Assembly: GCA_045805065.1 (NCBI GenBank)
Contig: JBJMMA010000060.1
Location: forward strand, 15,462-79,461
Source: Bdellovibrionia bacterium
Lineage (GTDB): Bacteria; Bdellovibrionota; UBA1018
Length of the DNA stretch: 64,000 nt
Direction of reading: 5' to 3'
Below the pieces are notes generated by a model. That model made no database searches. It worked only from the letters and a program-made list of their open reading frames with translations, and was not told where the DNA came from. The translations under genes and the position numbers were made by a program. Numbering within the stretch: position 1 is the stretch's first letter; each line of letters opens with the position of its first letter. This document shows positions 27,236 through 36,908 of this stretch, in pieces.

Positions 27236-27277
27236 GTGACGCGTATGCGCTACAAAAAGGAGGCGGCCACCTTTTGG
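27236..27277 (+). other. conserved 42-nt box GTGACGCGTATGCGCTACAAAAAGGAGGCGGCCACCTTTTGG (copy 1 of 3)
   Basis: Identical at 41 of 42 nt to 50455-50496 and sharing GCGCTACAAAAAGGAGGCGACCACCTTTT with 60087-60116. It abuts the stop codon of the minus-strand gene 27278..28885. Confidence 0.55.
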
Positions 27278-28885
27278 TTACTTCGATTTTTTCTTCACGC
27301 GAATGCCGCCGAATTTTCCGCCTGAAGGCTTACCTTCGTTACGGAAGCTTTTTGGCTTGCCGTAGCTTGGTTTGTCGCCAGATGCGGATCGGCCGCCAAA
27401 CGCAGGCTTTTTGCCTCTCGGACGCTCATCGAAATCTTTTGGTGAAGCTTTTGGATAAGCTGCCTTAGCGGTGAAGGACTTTCCTCCGACAGGCTTCGTG
27501 CTTGGAGCGCTGGCTCCATCGGCCGAGCCACCGACTTGAAGAATATCTCCGCGCCAGACTGGGCCAAGATGGGCGGTGTTGATTCGTCCAGGGCGCTCGG
27601 GTTCGCAAATCAGAACATCACCGGCTTTTGTGAGCGGATCACTGATGACGAGTTTGTGTGTTGGATTGCGCTTTGGAGAACGTTGATCGTTGGATGTGAT
27701 CCAAAGGTAGGAGAACTTCAGCCACAGGCGCTCAGAGCCCAGAGCTTTTGAAAACTCTGCGAACCATCTGCCTGGAACGCGCGTTGGAACGGAGAAGTGG
27801 CAATAATCTTTTCCATAAGAAAGAGGGCAAGTCTCAGCGTGAGGGCAGGGGCCCCAGAGCATGGTTGCCGTTTTCTCGATCGTCTCGGTTTGGAAGAGAC
27901 GGTTTCTTAAACGCGACAGAAACTGAGAAGTGGTTTTCGCTGCAGGCTCAACAAAGAGCACGCCGCCGCCTTGGGCTTTTTCAAGAAGGTTTGCCCAGAT
28001 TGTTTCGATCTTTGGCTTCTTCGTTGTTTCGGCTTCAGTTTCTTCGCCGTCGTAATCTTCATTACCAACTGGACCCTCTCCGCTATCTAAAAGATCGAGT
28101 GGTTCTTCATCTTCACGAGCTTTAAAGCGGTTTGGAAGCGTTTTGGCTTCGTTCATGACATGGCCCAGAAGAATGAGCGACATCGGAGCTTTGAGCTGCG
28201 CGGGCGCATCCCACCAGTTTGCTGTCTGAAGATGAACAGTCACTTTGCCGCGAAGACGTGGGAACTGATCGGAGAGCGCTTGCACGAGCGCTTTTCCGTC
28301 TTCCATGATCGTGCGCTGAGTATCGAACCAATAAAGCTCGATCGGAGGAAAGTCTCCGCCGCGCGCCTGAAGAAGGCGCAATAGAAAACCAATCGATGCA
28401 GTGCCGGGGCCTGCGCCAAGATCCGCGATTCTTAAAACGCCCTGCTTGCGGCCATGCTCAAGCGCTGCTTGAACAGCGGCATTGTGCATTTCAAAAAGCG
28501 AGACGAACTTGGCCATTTGAAGAGGGAGGAAATAAAGAAGGTAAGCCGAGCGAAACTTCGGATGCTGAAAGTAGGCAGGAATCTGCTCGGGGCGCTCTTC
28601 GGTGAAAAGCTCAGAAAGATCTTTCACGCCTTTGGAGAAAAAGCGGACGTCCTCCTTGGCGAACGGTTTATCCTTCCAGCTATCGCGAGGGCTGTAGTGC
28701 TCTTTCACGTAGGCTGGAACCATTTCGTCCACAAACCAGGTCCAGGCGGGGGGGAAATCCAGCTGAGGAGATGCCAGTTTTATGACGCTCAACGGGCGAT
28801 CACTCGACTGGTTTGAGGTTGGACGGGGGGATATCGGCTTAGGCAGGGGGGTTTTTGATCGCATGGTGTATCTTACTTGTCGCAT
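27278..28885 (-). CDS. Rsm22-like SAM-dependent methyltransferase with a Cys cluster and lysine-rich tail
   Basis: 535 aa. The SAM motif VLRIADLGAGPGTAS and the Cys cluster GPCPHAETCPLSYGKDYCHFS resemble the Rsm22/mitoribosomal methyltransferase family. The C-terminal ~90 aa are K/G/P-rich. Confidence 0.65.
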   Translation of the reverse strand: MRQVRYTMRSKTPLPKPISPRPTSNQSSDRPLSVIKLASPQLDFPPAWTWFVDEMVPAYVKEHYSPRDSWKDKPFAKEDVRFFSKGVKDLSELFTEERPEQIPAYFQHPKFRSAYLLYFLPLQMAKFVSLFEMHNAAVQAALEHGRKQGVLRIADLGAGPGTASIGFLLRLLQARGGDFPPIELYWFDTQRTIMEDGKALVQALSDQFPRLRGKVTVHLQTANWWDAPAQLKAPMSLILLGHVMNEAKTLPNRFKAREDEEPLDLLDSGEGPVGNEDYDGEETEAETTKKPKIETIWANLLEKAQGGGVLFVEPAAKTTSQFLSRLRNRLFQTETIEKTATMLWGPCPHAETCPLSYGKDYCHFSVPTRVPGRWFAEFSKALGSERLWLKFSYLWITSNDQRSPKRNPTHKLVISDPLTKAGDVLICEPERPGRINTAHLGPVWRGDILQVGGSADGASAPSTKPVGGKSFTAKAAYPKASPKDFDERPRGKKPAFGGRSASGDKPSYGKPKSFRNEGKPSGGKFGGIRVKKKSK

Positions 28886-28937
28886 ACCTCGTGCTGGAGT
28901 GTCTAGCTGACCGGCGAAAACGTGCTACTCTTTATAT

Positions 28938-29450
28938 ATGAGTTTGAAGGGAAGCCTTAAAGATGTTGGACCGATCGAGCTGAATCTTCCCAAAAGAAGT
29001 TTCTGGCGGGATCGGATTCGACAGATTTGGGCATTTTATTGTCCACTTTGTAACGTTCCAAGACGAGTTCCTTACCAACCGCGACCGGGCTTCAAGCACA
29101 TGGCTCAGGTGGGATTAACGGCGGTCGTTTTTATGCTGGCCACCTGGAGCTGGTTTGAGTGGAAGGGGATTGTCAGCTTCTTTCCTCTTTGGTCCGTTTT
29201 TGAGGTGATCTATCGCGCTCGTGTGCGCGCTGCGTTGGCCTGTGATCGTTGCGGATTTGACCCCTATCTCTACCTGATTGACGTGCCTCGAGCGCGCGAA
29301 GTGGTTGAAAATCATTGGCGAAAAAAGTTTGCTGATAAAGGGATTCCTTACCCATCAAAGCCATCATTAAACCCATCTGGGGCACCGGCAAATGCCAAGC
29401 CTGCAGGGGGAGCGGGCACTAAAAGCGGTTCTCCCGAAATGGTCACTTGA
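28938..29450 (+). CDS. hypothetical membrane protein with a CxxC...CxxC zinc-ribbon-like motif
   Basis: 170 aa, containing CPLCN...CDRCG and one TM helix (VGLTAVVFMLATWSWF). It lies upstream of ssb. Confidence 0.45.
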   Translation: MSLKGSLKDVGPIELNLPKRSFWRDRIRQIWAFYCPLCNVPRRVPYQPRPGFKHMAQVGLTAVVFMLATWSWFEWKGIVSFFPLWSVFEVIYRARVRAALACDRCGFDPYLYLIDVPRAREVVENHWRKKFADKGIPYPSKPSLNPSGAPANAKPAGGAGTKSGSPEMVT

Positions 29451-29483
29451 CAGCTGTTGCTGCGCAACGCTAGACCTTCAGGC

Positions 29484-29999
29484 ATGTCTGTCAATAAAGT
29501 TATTTTGGTGGGGCGCTTGGGGCAGAATCCAGAAGTGCGATACACGCCGTCGGGCGCAGCTGTCGCAAACTTCAGTGTTGCAACCAACGAATCATGGTCC
29601 GATAAGAACGGCCAGAAACAGGAACGTACCGAGTGGCACAAGGTTGTCGTTTGGGGCAAGCTCGCCGAGCTTTGCAATCAGTTCCTCGCTAAGGGTCGCC
29701 AGGTTTATCTCGAAGGTCGCTTGCAGACCCGCCAATGGCAGGACAAGGACGGACAGACCAAGTACACGACCGAAATCCAGGCTCAAACCATTCAGTTCTT
29801 GGGCGGCCAAGGCGCTGAGCGTGGTCCCGGAATGGATCAAAGCATGGGCCAAAGCATGGGCGGCGGTAACAGCGGTTACGGCCAAGGCGGCGGTGGCGGT
29901 TATAACCGCGGAGCCCCACAAGGTGCTGGCCCTTCGGGCCCAGGTCCTCAGTTTGGAGCAGAAGAGCCTTCTTTCACTGAAGACGATATTCCGTTCTGA
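29484..29999 (+). CDS. ssb: single-stranded DNA-binding protein
   Basis: [38 protein letters not shown] is the OB-fold N-terminus. The tail is G/Q-rich and ends with the acidic tip DDIPF. The track ORF opens at an upstream TTG (29457). Confidence 0.85.
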   Translation: MSVNKVILVGRLGQNPEVRYTPSGAAVANFSVATNESWSDKNGQKQERTEWHKVVVWGKLAELCNQFLAKGRQVYLEGRLQTRQWQDKDGQTKYTTEIQAQTIQFLGGQGAERGPGMDQSMGQSMGGGNSGYGQGGGGGYNRGAPQGAGPSGPGPQFGAEEPSFTEDDIPF

Positions 30000-30001
30000 A
30001 C

Positions 30002-30739
30002 ATGCGCGCGCTCATTGTCGTTCCTACATATAACGAATTAGAAAACATCCAGAATCTTGCACAATCGGTCATGGCGGTCATCCCACCTAACGTGGACCTC
30101 CTGATTGTGGACGACAATTCTCCTGATGGAACTGGAAAGCTTGCCGATCAGCTTGCTGCACAGGATTCGCGGATTCACGTCCTGCATCGCGCCCGTAAAA
30201 TGGGCCTGGGCACGGCTTATGTGAATGGCTTTAACTGGGGACTTGAGCGGGGCTACGAAGCCTTGATCGAGATGGATGCGGACTTCTCGCACGACCCTAA
30301 GTACCTGCCGCGCATGCTCGAGCTTCTTGAGATCAATGATGTGGTGATCGGCTCCCGTTATGTTCCAGGTGGCGGAACCGTGAACTGGGGAATGGGGCGC
30401 AAAGTCCTGAGCCGTGGCGGAAGCATGTACTCGCGTCTGATCTTGGGCGCGGGCATTCGTGACTTTACCGGTGGCTTCAATGGCTGGCGCCGTAAGGTGA
30501 TCGAATCCGTGGATCTGCCATCGCTTCGATCGGACGGCTATTCCTTTCAGATTGAGCTGAAGTACCGCGCATTTCTCAAAGGCTTCAAAATTACCGAGTT
30601 TCCAATTGTTTTCGAAGATCGGAAAGTCGGGAAGTCAAAAATGCATCGCCGGATCGTGATTGAAGCGCTTCTTCGCGTTTGGGAGTTTCGCTTCAAATCC
30701 CCGTTCCGCCAGGCACTCGTTCAAACTCAGCGTCATTGA
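30002..30739 (+). CDS. GT2 polyprenyl-phosphate glycosyltransferase (Dpm1/ArnC-like; polyprenol-P-mannose or similar synthase)
   Basis: 245 aa. The GT-A signatures are present: VVPTYNELENI, the DXD motif IVDDNSPDGT, and DADFSHDP. Confidence 0.7.
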   Translation: MRALIVVPTYNELENIQNLAQSVMAVIPPNVDLLIVDDNSPDGTGKLADQLAAQDSRIHVLHRARKMGLGTAYVNGFNWGLERGYEALIEMDADFSHDPKYLPRMLELLEINDVVIGSRYVPGGGTVNWGMGRKVLSRGGSMYSRLILGAGIRDFTGGFNGWRRKVIESVDLPSLRSDGYSFQIELKYRAFLKGFKITEFPIVFEDRKVGKSKMHRRIVIEALLRVWEFRFKSPFRQALVQTQRH

Positions 30740-30771
30740 CACTTCGAGGTTTACATCCTTAATATTTAAGG

Positions 30772-31689
30772 ATGACCCGAAAACGTTCTGCTGTGTCCGT
30801 CATCTCAAGTGCGAAGTCCCTGTTTTTGGCGTTGGGGGCTTTGGGAGTAACAACGCTTGCGAATGCGGCCACGCCGTTCATTCCGACTGCGATCCTGGTC
30901 GATAAAAACACGAACCAGCTTCATGTGACTCGCTATGAAAACGGCGAGTATCGCATCCTGAAGACCTATCATGCCACTTTGGGAAAAGTGAAAGGCGATA
31001 AGCAGGACGAAGGGGACCTTAAAACCCCTGAAGGGATCTACACGTTCAAAGCGTTTTTGACGCCGCCATCACTGTCCAAAAAGTTTGGGAAGATGGCTTT
31101 TTACGTCAGCTATCCCAATACGTACGATGAGCTTGCCGGTCACACTGGAAACAACATCATGCTTCATGCGACGGACACGCCCGAGCGTCTGAAGCAGGAG
31201 TTCGATAGCCTGGGTTGTGTCGTGGTGAAGGATCAGGAGATTGCGGAGATCAAGCCTTACATCAAGTTAGGCCTGACGCCGATCTTGATCTTCCCTGAGT
31301 TGACTCCTGAGTACATGAAGCCCGGTCAGGACAATACTCTGGTGAGCTTCTTTAAGAGCTGGATCAAGTCCTGGGAGACGAAGAGCCTGGATGACTATAT
31401 CGCTCACTATCATTCGGACTTCTCGGCTCAGGGCAAGGACAAGGCCGCATGGAGAGCTTTTAAAGCGACTTTGAATAAGAAGTACGCCAGCATCGAGATC
31501 AATCCGGAGAGCGTCCTTTATTACCGCCATCCCAAGTACTCGATGATCACTTTCACCCAGAACTATCGCTCCAAGCTGGTGGGCGGAGGCTGGGGACATC
31601 GCTCGCATGGGACGAAGATTCTCTACATCGCGGAAGAAGCGGGTCAGCCTAAGATCATTGCAGAGACTTTCTCGAATCTGAGTTGGTAA
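30772..31689 (+). CDS. secreted L,D-transpeptidase (YkuD) domain protein
   Basis: Signal peptide. The catalytic block reads NIMLHATDTPERLKQEFDSLGCVVV (H...S.GC). There is a C-terminal extension. Confidence 0.6.
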   Translation: MTRKRSAVSVISSAKSLFLALGALGVTTLANAATPFIPTAILVDKNTNQLHVTRYENGEYRILKTYHATLGKVKGDKQDEGDLKTPEGIYTFKAFLTPPSLSKKFGKMAFYVSYPNTYDELAGHTGNNIMLHATDTPERLKQEFDSLGCVVVKDQEIAEIKPYIKLGLTPILIFPELTPEYMKPGQDNTLVSFFKSWIKSWETKSLDDYIAHYHSDFSAQGKDKAAWRAFKATLNKKYASIEINPESVLYYRHPKYSMITFTQNYRSKLVGGGWGHRSHGTKILYIAEEAGQPKIIAETFSNLSW

Positions 31690-31725
31690 GAGTCGTCCCT
31701 GACTCTCGACCTCATTCAGTTCAGA

Positions 31726-32835
31726 TTAGTCTTGCTGGACAGGACCATTGATGCCGGAGACGGATCCAATCGTGCCGCCAATGACGTGCACGCCTCCGTC
31801 GGCATTTGAAACAGAGTCAACGTTTCCATCGATGACAATGATGTGACCGTGAGCTCCTACGATGGATCCTACGTCCATACCGCAGACAAAGATACTGCCA
31901 TGGTTCTCATTGATTTTCTGAATCCGCGGCTGCTGCTCAGAAGAAGGTAATTTTCTTCCAACGAGAACCAAGTGGCCATCGCCGTCTGAGATCGAAACCA
32001 CAGAGTTGGCACTCACAGCAGGTGAGCCATGGACGCTTTGGATCGAAGCGATCTGTTGAGCAATAATCGTGCTATTGCCGCCGATATCATTGATCGTTCC
32101 AACCATGACTGCGTTCAAGTCAGCGCCGCCACTAATATGAGAAACCTCGAGGATGCTGCGGGCAATGGCTTTGACACCGCCATGGATTTGCGAAATGACG
32201 TTGATAGTCTCTCCCGCAGAAATGGATAATGAGCTGTTCGTGCCCACATAGGATGCCGCTGGCATCTGGACGACGGGCTTGTCTTCGTAGACGATTTTTT
32301 GATCACGAAGCTTGATGGCCTTTCTGCATTGTGCGACCGCTTCATTCGCTTCCGGATCGTTTCCGTAGTTAGGTTTACTCGATGGCGATGCGCTAGGCTT
32401 AGGCGAAGGCATGTCAGAAGGCTTAGACGAAGGCTGAGATGAAGGTTGGCCAATCGGCTGCGACGAAGGCATGCCAGAAGGCATCGACGAAGGTTGGCCA
32501 CTAGGCTGCGACGAAGGTTGTGAAGAAGGCATGCCTGATGGCATCGAAGAAGGCTGACCCGAAGGCATTGGCATCGGGTTAGGCAATCCCGGAATCGATG
32601 AAGGCATTGGCATCGGGTTAGGATGACCGCTCGGCATTGATGAAGGCATTGACGATGGAGACGCTGATGGTTCTGGAGCTATGTCTCCAGGAGTGGGAGC
32701 TGCGAGATTTGCTCCGCTATTTGGCTGAACGCCAGGGACGGATTTTACGTCATAGGGCGTCTCGCAAGCCGTGAGAAGGCCGATGCTTGAAAGCGTCGTG
32801 CACATCAACAATGAAAACTTATTGTTCTTCCCCAT
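31726..32835 (-). CDS. lipoprotein with a Pro/Ser-rich tandem-repeat linker and a Gly/Ile/Ser/Val-rich C-terminal beta-repeat domain
   Basis: Lipobox LLTAC. There are about 14 tandem PSSMPSG / QPSSQPS units, and the C-terminus carries IGG/SGG-rich repeats. Confidence 0.6.
   Translation of the reverse strand: MGKNNKFSLLMCTTLSSIGLLTACETPYDVKSVPGVQPNSGANLAAPTPGDIAPEPSASPSSMPSSMPSGHPNPMPMPSSIPGLPNPMPMPSGQPSSMPSGMPSSQPSSQPSGQPSSMPSGMPSSQPIGQPSSQPSSKPSDMPSPKPSASPSSKPNYGNDPEANEAVAQCRKAIKLRDQKIVYEDKPVVQMPAASYVGTNSSLSISAGETINVISQIHGGVKAIARSILEVSHISGGADLNAVMVGTINDIGGNSTIIAQQIASIQSVHGSPAVSANSVVSISDGDGHLVLVGRKLPSSEQQPRIQKINENHGSIFVCGMDVGSIVGAHGHIIVIDGNVDSVSNADGGVHVIGGTIGSVSGINGPVQQD
32380..32700 (-). 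repeat. tandem 21-24 nt coding repeats (GAAGGCATxxx units) encoding the PSSMPSG linker
   Basis: The periodicity is visible in the DNA. Copy number in such tracts is often variable between strains. Confidence 0.5.
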
Positions 32836-32986
32836 GAGTATAGAACCCCCAGGCGCTTATGCAGCAAGCCATATGCCTGGAGGTTCTGTTCAAAAAGCCT
32901 TAGAATTAGAGCGCGTGTACGATTCGACACTTCTCAGAAGAGTCGACACTGCATAATTCTTAAACGCTTAATTTTATTGATTAAGT

Positions 32987-34288
32987 CTATTGTCCAAGCG
33001 CTGAAAGCTGCGCTTGAACCTTGCTTAAAGAGGACTCGATCTTCTTATAATAGGCCTCGTAGAAGCGGGCGAACTCTTTTGAGCGGAGCCGAGGAGGCTG
33101 AATGGCCGAGCCAGTGGCGCGCGCTTGATAGATCTCATCGAGCTCATCAATAGAGAGCTTGGAGCTGAGGGCGCTCTCATACTTGGCTTTGAAGTAGCGC
33201 AGGTTTTCCACGATATCGGAGTAACGAGCCTCGCGATTGATGCGGTTAAAATCAGCGCGCTTTGGGCTTACTCCTGGAACGCTTAAGACAAAGAAATCAC
33301 TGTTCGTGTCATAAAGCGCGTTGTTCTGATGCATGCGGTGATTATCCGTCAAAACTCCTGGCTGGGTCATCATCCAGTCCTGCTCAAGAAGCGCTTTGCG
33401 TTTGTAGGGATCAAGATAGAACGCAACAACATCGTTCAAGTCCACGTCGTTTCCTTGGCTTTCGAGATCAATGTACTCGTTGCCTGGGATCGCAAGGTTA
33501 AAGGCTTGCTTTGCGATATTCTTATCCGTTGCGTAAGGGCGAAGAAGTCCAGGTGCTGCAATCGCGTTGTGGGTCGTGTGCGTGCAGTTGTTGTAGACGC
33601 CGCTCCACTCGTAGTCGTCATTCTTTTGGTAAAAGTCATTGAGCGAGTTGAGATAATCAACCATCGGTTGAAGCATCTTGCGCTCGACTGGAATGCGCGA
33701 GCAATAAACGTTGCGGCCGAGGTTCAAGCCGAACTCGGTCGCAAGCGTGGTGCGTACGATGTACTCATCATCGGACATGCTCTTAGGCTTATCCTTCATG
33801 TACTGAGGATGGATTTTGATTCCCTTGAAGAGATTCAGGGCCTGGACGTGTTGGACGATGCCGTCTTGGGTTGCTTGATCCAGGCGTTGAGCTTCAGAAA
33901 GGTTCGCCGTGATGAGAAGGCTCTTTCCGTCCGAGGCCATCCAATTGGCGTTTTGAAAAATCTGATCCACGCTGATCGAGGTGCCTGCTTCAGGATTGGA
34001 GAGATCGATTGAGCCTTCGTCGCAAAGCTTAAGGCGTGGGTAACTTGCAGAAGTGTCTCGGCAGACGCCCTTCATATAGAGAACGCCGTGGCCGCCGGTG
34101 CCTCCGCCGTTGGTGCCGTCGAGAGGCTTAAGCTGCGTCACTGCGCAGAACTCAGCGTAGTAGGGATAAAGCTGATCATAGGAGGAAGCTGGGGAAGCCA
34201 GGGATGCCTGTCCCGGGACTGCACTGAGAAGCATCAGTGGAAGGGCCCAATTTGAATAGGTTTTATTCAGCTTTTGAGACATTTTCAT
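32987..34288 (-). CDS. secreted hypothetical protein (433 aa)
   Basis: Signal peptide MKMSQKLNKTYSNWALPLMLLSAVPGQASLA. The sequence is Cys-containing and non-repetitive. I did not recognise a family. Confidence 0.55.
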   Translation of the reverse strand: MKMSQKLNKTYSNWALPLMLLSAVPGQASLASPASSYDQLYPYYAEFCAVTQLKPLDGTNGGGTGGHGVLYMKGVCRDTSASYPRLKLCDEGSIDLSNPEAGTSISVDQIFQNANWMASDGKSLLITANLSEAQRLDQATQDGIVQHVQALNLFKGIKIHPQYMKDKPKSMSDDEYIVRTTLATEFGLNLGRNVYCSRIPVERKMLQPMVDYLNSLNDFYQKNDDYEWSGVYNNCTHTTHNAIAAPGLLRPYATDKNIAKQAFNLAIPGNEYIDLESQGNDVDLNDVVAFYLDPYKRKALLEQDWMMTQPGVLTDNHRMHQNNALYDTNSDFFVLSVPGVSPKRADFNRINREARYSDIVENLRYFKAKYESALSSKLSIDELDEIYQARATGSAIQPPRLRSKEFARFYEAYYKKIESSLSKVQAQLSALGQ

Positions 34289-34380
34289 GGGCCGGATTTC
34301 TCATGCTGTACTTAATAAGTCAAATATTGAAAAAGCGATTATCGTTAAGGGCTTAGGTGTGGTATTTCCGTAGGACTCGT

Positions 34381-35667
34381 ATGTCTACTCAAGTCGTTCA
34401 GTCCATTAAAGTGGATACGCTCATTATCGGTGCCGGTGTTATTGGCAGCAGTGTGGCGATGCATCTTGCTGAGCTCTCATCCAAGCAAGGAGGCGAGGCT
34501 CACTCAGGCGAGATTCGCTGCGTGGATTTTGATCTCGAAGGCGGTCTGAGTAGTTCAGAGCTGAACGCAGGCGGAGTACGCGCAACTTGGAATCAGCCCA
34601 TCAATATTCGCATGGCGCAGCATACGATCGATTACTTTGCTGAGAACGCAGAAGCTGTGGGCTACCACGCCTGCGGATATCTCTGGCTTCAAACGCCTGA
34701 AAAACTTCCTGCATCGCTCAAAGCTCGCGAGCGCCAGATTGCCATGGGTTGGCCTGTCGAAGCCTGGGACCTTTCGGAACTTAAGAGACGCATTCCATTC
34801 ATTGATAAGACCGATGATCTGGCAGGCGCTGTCTTTGGATCTCGCGATGGATTGGTCAATCCTAACCGTGTGAAAAATCATTTCCGCGAAAAAGCTCGTG
34901 CAAAGGGCGCGCGCTTTGATGATCGCACGCTGGTGCGCTCGGCTGAATACCAGGCGGATGGAAGCCTGCGCGTGATTTGCGAGCGCTATCCTGCGGCGAT
35001 GGATACGGATCAGAAAATTGAAGCTCTTTCGGATCGCCCCGTTCCGGGCGTCCCTGTTGAGAGAATTGAGTATCATGCGCAACGCGTGGTCAATTGTGCA
35101 GGCCCGTGGGCAAAGCCAATTGCCAAGATTCTGGGTTACGATAGCCCGGTTTATTCGCAACGCCGCCAAATCTGCATCTTTGATTGCCGGGACGTGGATC
35201 TGACCAAGTATGGAATGATGATCGATACGTCGGGCGTGTATTTTCATCCCGAGGCGACCAATGGACTTGCTGGATGGGCCAATCATGACGAGCCTCATGG
35301 CGTGAATTACTCCTATGATGGCGAGTCATTTTTCATGGAGCATATCTGGCCTGCTTTGTATGAGCGCTCCACTGCGTTTGAAAAGCTCAAGCACGTGACG
35401 GGCTGGGCAGGCCTTTATGAGGTATCGCCGGATGAAAGCGCGATCATTGGCGCTGTTGAAACAGGTGACCCTGCGCGCGCTGGTGCTCGGGGTCGGGTTT
35501 TTGAAGCGCATTCTTTCTCTGGTCATGGCGTCATGCACAGCCATAGCGCAGGCTTGGCTGTGGCGGAGCTTATGCTTCAAGGCAAGTATTCGAACATGGA
35601 TGTCTCGGAGTTATCCGCGGCTCGCTTTGCGTTGGGCCGGGAAGTTCGCGAAACAGCGATTATTTAA
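34381..35667 (+). CDS. FAD-dependent oxidoreductase (DAO family; sarcosine / glycine oxidase-like)
   Basis: MSTQVVQSIKVDTLIIGAGVIGSSVAMHLA is the GxGxxG FAD-binding fold. An alternative GTG start lies at 34357. Confidence 0.7.
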   Translation: MSTQVVQSIKVDTLIIGAGVIGSSVAMHLAELSSKQGGEAHSGEIRCVDFDLEGGLSSSELNAGGVRATWNQPINIRMAQHTIDYFAENAEAVGYHACGYLWLQTPEKLPASLKARERQIAMGWPVEAWDLSELKRRIPFIDKTDDLAGAVFGSRDGLVNPNRVKNHFREKARAKGARFDDRTLVRSAEYQADGSLRVICERYPAAMDTDQKIEALSDRPVPGVPVERIEYHAQRVVNCAGPWAKPIAKILGYDSPVYSQRRQICIFDCRDVDLTKYGMMIDTSGVYFHPEATNGLAGWANHDEPHGVNYSYDGESFFMEHIWPALYERSTAFEKLKHVTGWAGLYEVSPDESAIIGAVETGDPARAGARGRVFEAHSFSGHGVMHSHSAGLAVAELMLQGKYSNMDVSELSAARFALGREVRETAII

Positions 35668-35734
35668 TCCCATTCCTGAAGAAGACTCTTCGCTCCGTCT
35701 GAGTTGTTGGGTTAGACTTTGAGCTAACTCATTT

Positions 35735-36877
35735 ATGGGCGCGATCAGCGAACTTCATCCAAGCGAATTCCCAAGAACTCATCAAGTGCTTGAGCAGGGC
35801 CTCAAAGACGGCGTTGCTCCGGGATTTGTCGTTGGAGTTTTGGATATGCGTCGCCCGGATCCATTTTTAGTTACGGCTCGTGGTCAGAGAAGAGTGGAGC
35901 CGTCGCCGCTCCCGATGCGTCCTGACACTATTTTTGACATCGCGTCCGTCTCAAAGGTTTTTGCGACAGCGACTCTGGCTGGTGTCTTAGTCGAGCGGGG
36001 ATGGGTTTCTTGGAATACGCGGCTTTCTTCGATTTTTCCTGATTATCCTTCGCGCAGTATCGAGCTTGAACATTTGCTCTCTCACACGGCAGGATTTCCT
36101 TGGTGGGAGCCGTTCTGGGAAAAGCTAAGAGCCCAGTTCGCGCCTCGATCCCTTTCTGAAATACCGGTCGCCAGCCGGCAGTCCGCCATGAGGAAATGGA
36201 TCATGGCTTGTTCACCTGCGGTATCTCCAGGCGAGCGGGTAGAGTACTCGGATGTCTCGTTTCTTCTTTTAGGATTTGCCCTGGAGGAAGTCACCGGTAT
36301 GCCGTTGGATCGGGCGGTTCGCCGCTTTCTTTGGGAGCCGATGGGACTATTGGATCAGGGCAGGGGGCCATACTATCGGCGCACAATCACGAGCGCCGCT
36401 CAAATCAATGAGGATGTCGCCGCTACTGAGCTCAGTCCTTGGCACCAAACGGTTCTTCAGGGGCAGGTTCACGATGAGAACTGTTGGGCTATGGGGGGCT
36501 ATGGCGGGCACGCTGGCGTGTTTGCCAGGGCGGAGGATCTTCTTCGCTTTTCAAAAGCGCTCTTGGACGGATTTTTGAGCCAGCACACGCTCACGGAGAT
36601 GTGGTCGCGGGTTTCGCGTCCGGCAGGATGCGAGAGGACCCGGGGATGGGATTCTGTGTCCGCCCAGGGATCATCCGCCGGTCGGTATTTTTCAACAAGC
36701 TCAGTTGGACATCTGGGCTTTACCGGGACTTCGCTCTGGATTGATCCCCAGGCACGACTTGCCGTGACGCTGCTGTCCAATCGTGTTCACCCCACAAGAG
36801 AGAACATCAAGATTCGCGCGTTTAGGCCGCTGCTTCATGATGCGGTTCGTGAAGATTTTGCGAATCTCGGTCGTTGA
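35735..36877 (+). CDS. serine hydrolase of the beta-lactamase / transpeptidase fold (class C beta-lactamase-like)
   Basis: The S-x-x-K motif appears in IFDIASVSKVF. Length and overall pattern match AmpC-like esterases. Confidence 0.65.
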   Translation: MGAISELHPSEFPRTHQVLEQGLKDGVAPGFVVGVLDMRRPDPFLVTARGQRRVEPSPLPMRPDTIFDIASVSKVFATATLAGVLVERGWVSWNTRLSSIFPDYPSRSIELEHLLSHTAGFPWWEPFWEKLRAQFAPRSLSEIPVASRQSAMRKWIMACSPAVSPGERVEYSDVSFLLLGFALEEVTGMPLDRAVRRFLWEPMGLLDQGRGPYYRRTITSAAQINEDVAATELSPWHQTVLQGQVHDENCWAMGGYGGHAGVFARAEDLLRFSKALLDGFLSQHTLTEMWSRVSRPAGCERTRGWDSVSAQGSSAGRYFSTSSVGHLGFTGTSLWIDPQARLAVTLLSNRVHPTRENIKIRAFRPLLHDAVREDFANLGR

Positions 36878-36908
36878 CTCTCGCCGCAGGACCAGTTCAA
36901 GATAAGTT

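Noticed and set aside
27137-27468. Short ORFs covering the conserved 42-nt box (27137-27325, 27196-27468, 50455-50670, 59933-60124), all encoding ...RMRYKKEATTFW...
   Set aside because: The shared peptide is only the box translated. Sequence diverges right after it, start codons are not conserved, one lies antisense inside a real gene, and the 59933 ORF ends two codons after the box. The conservation is at the nucleotide level, not coding.
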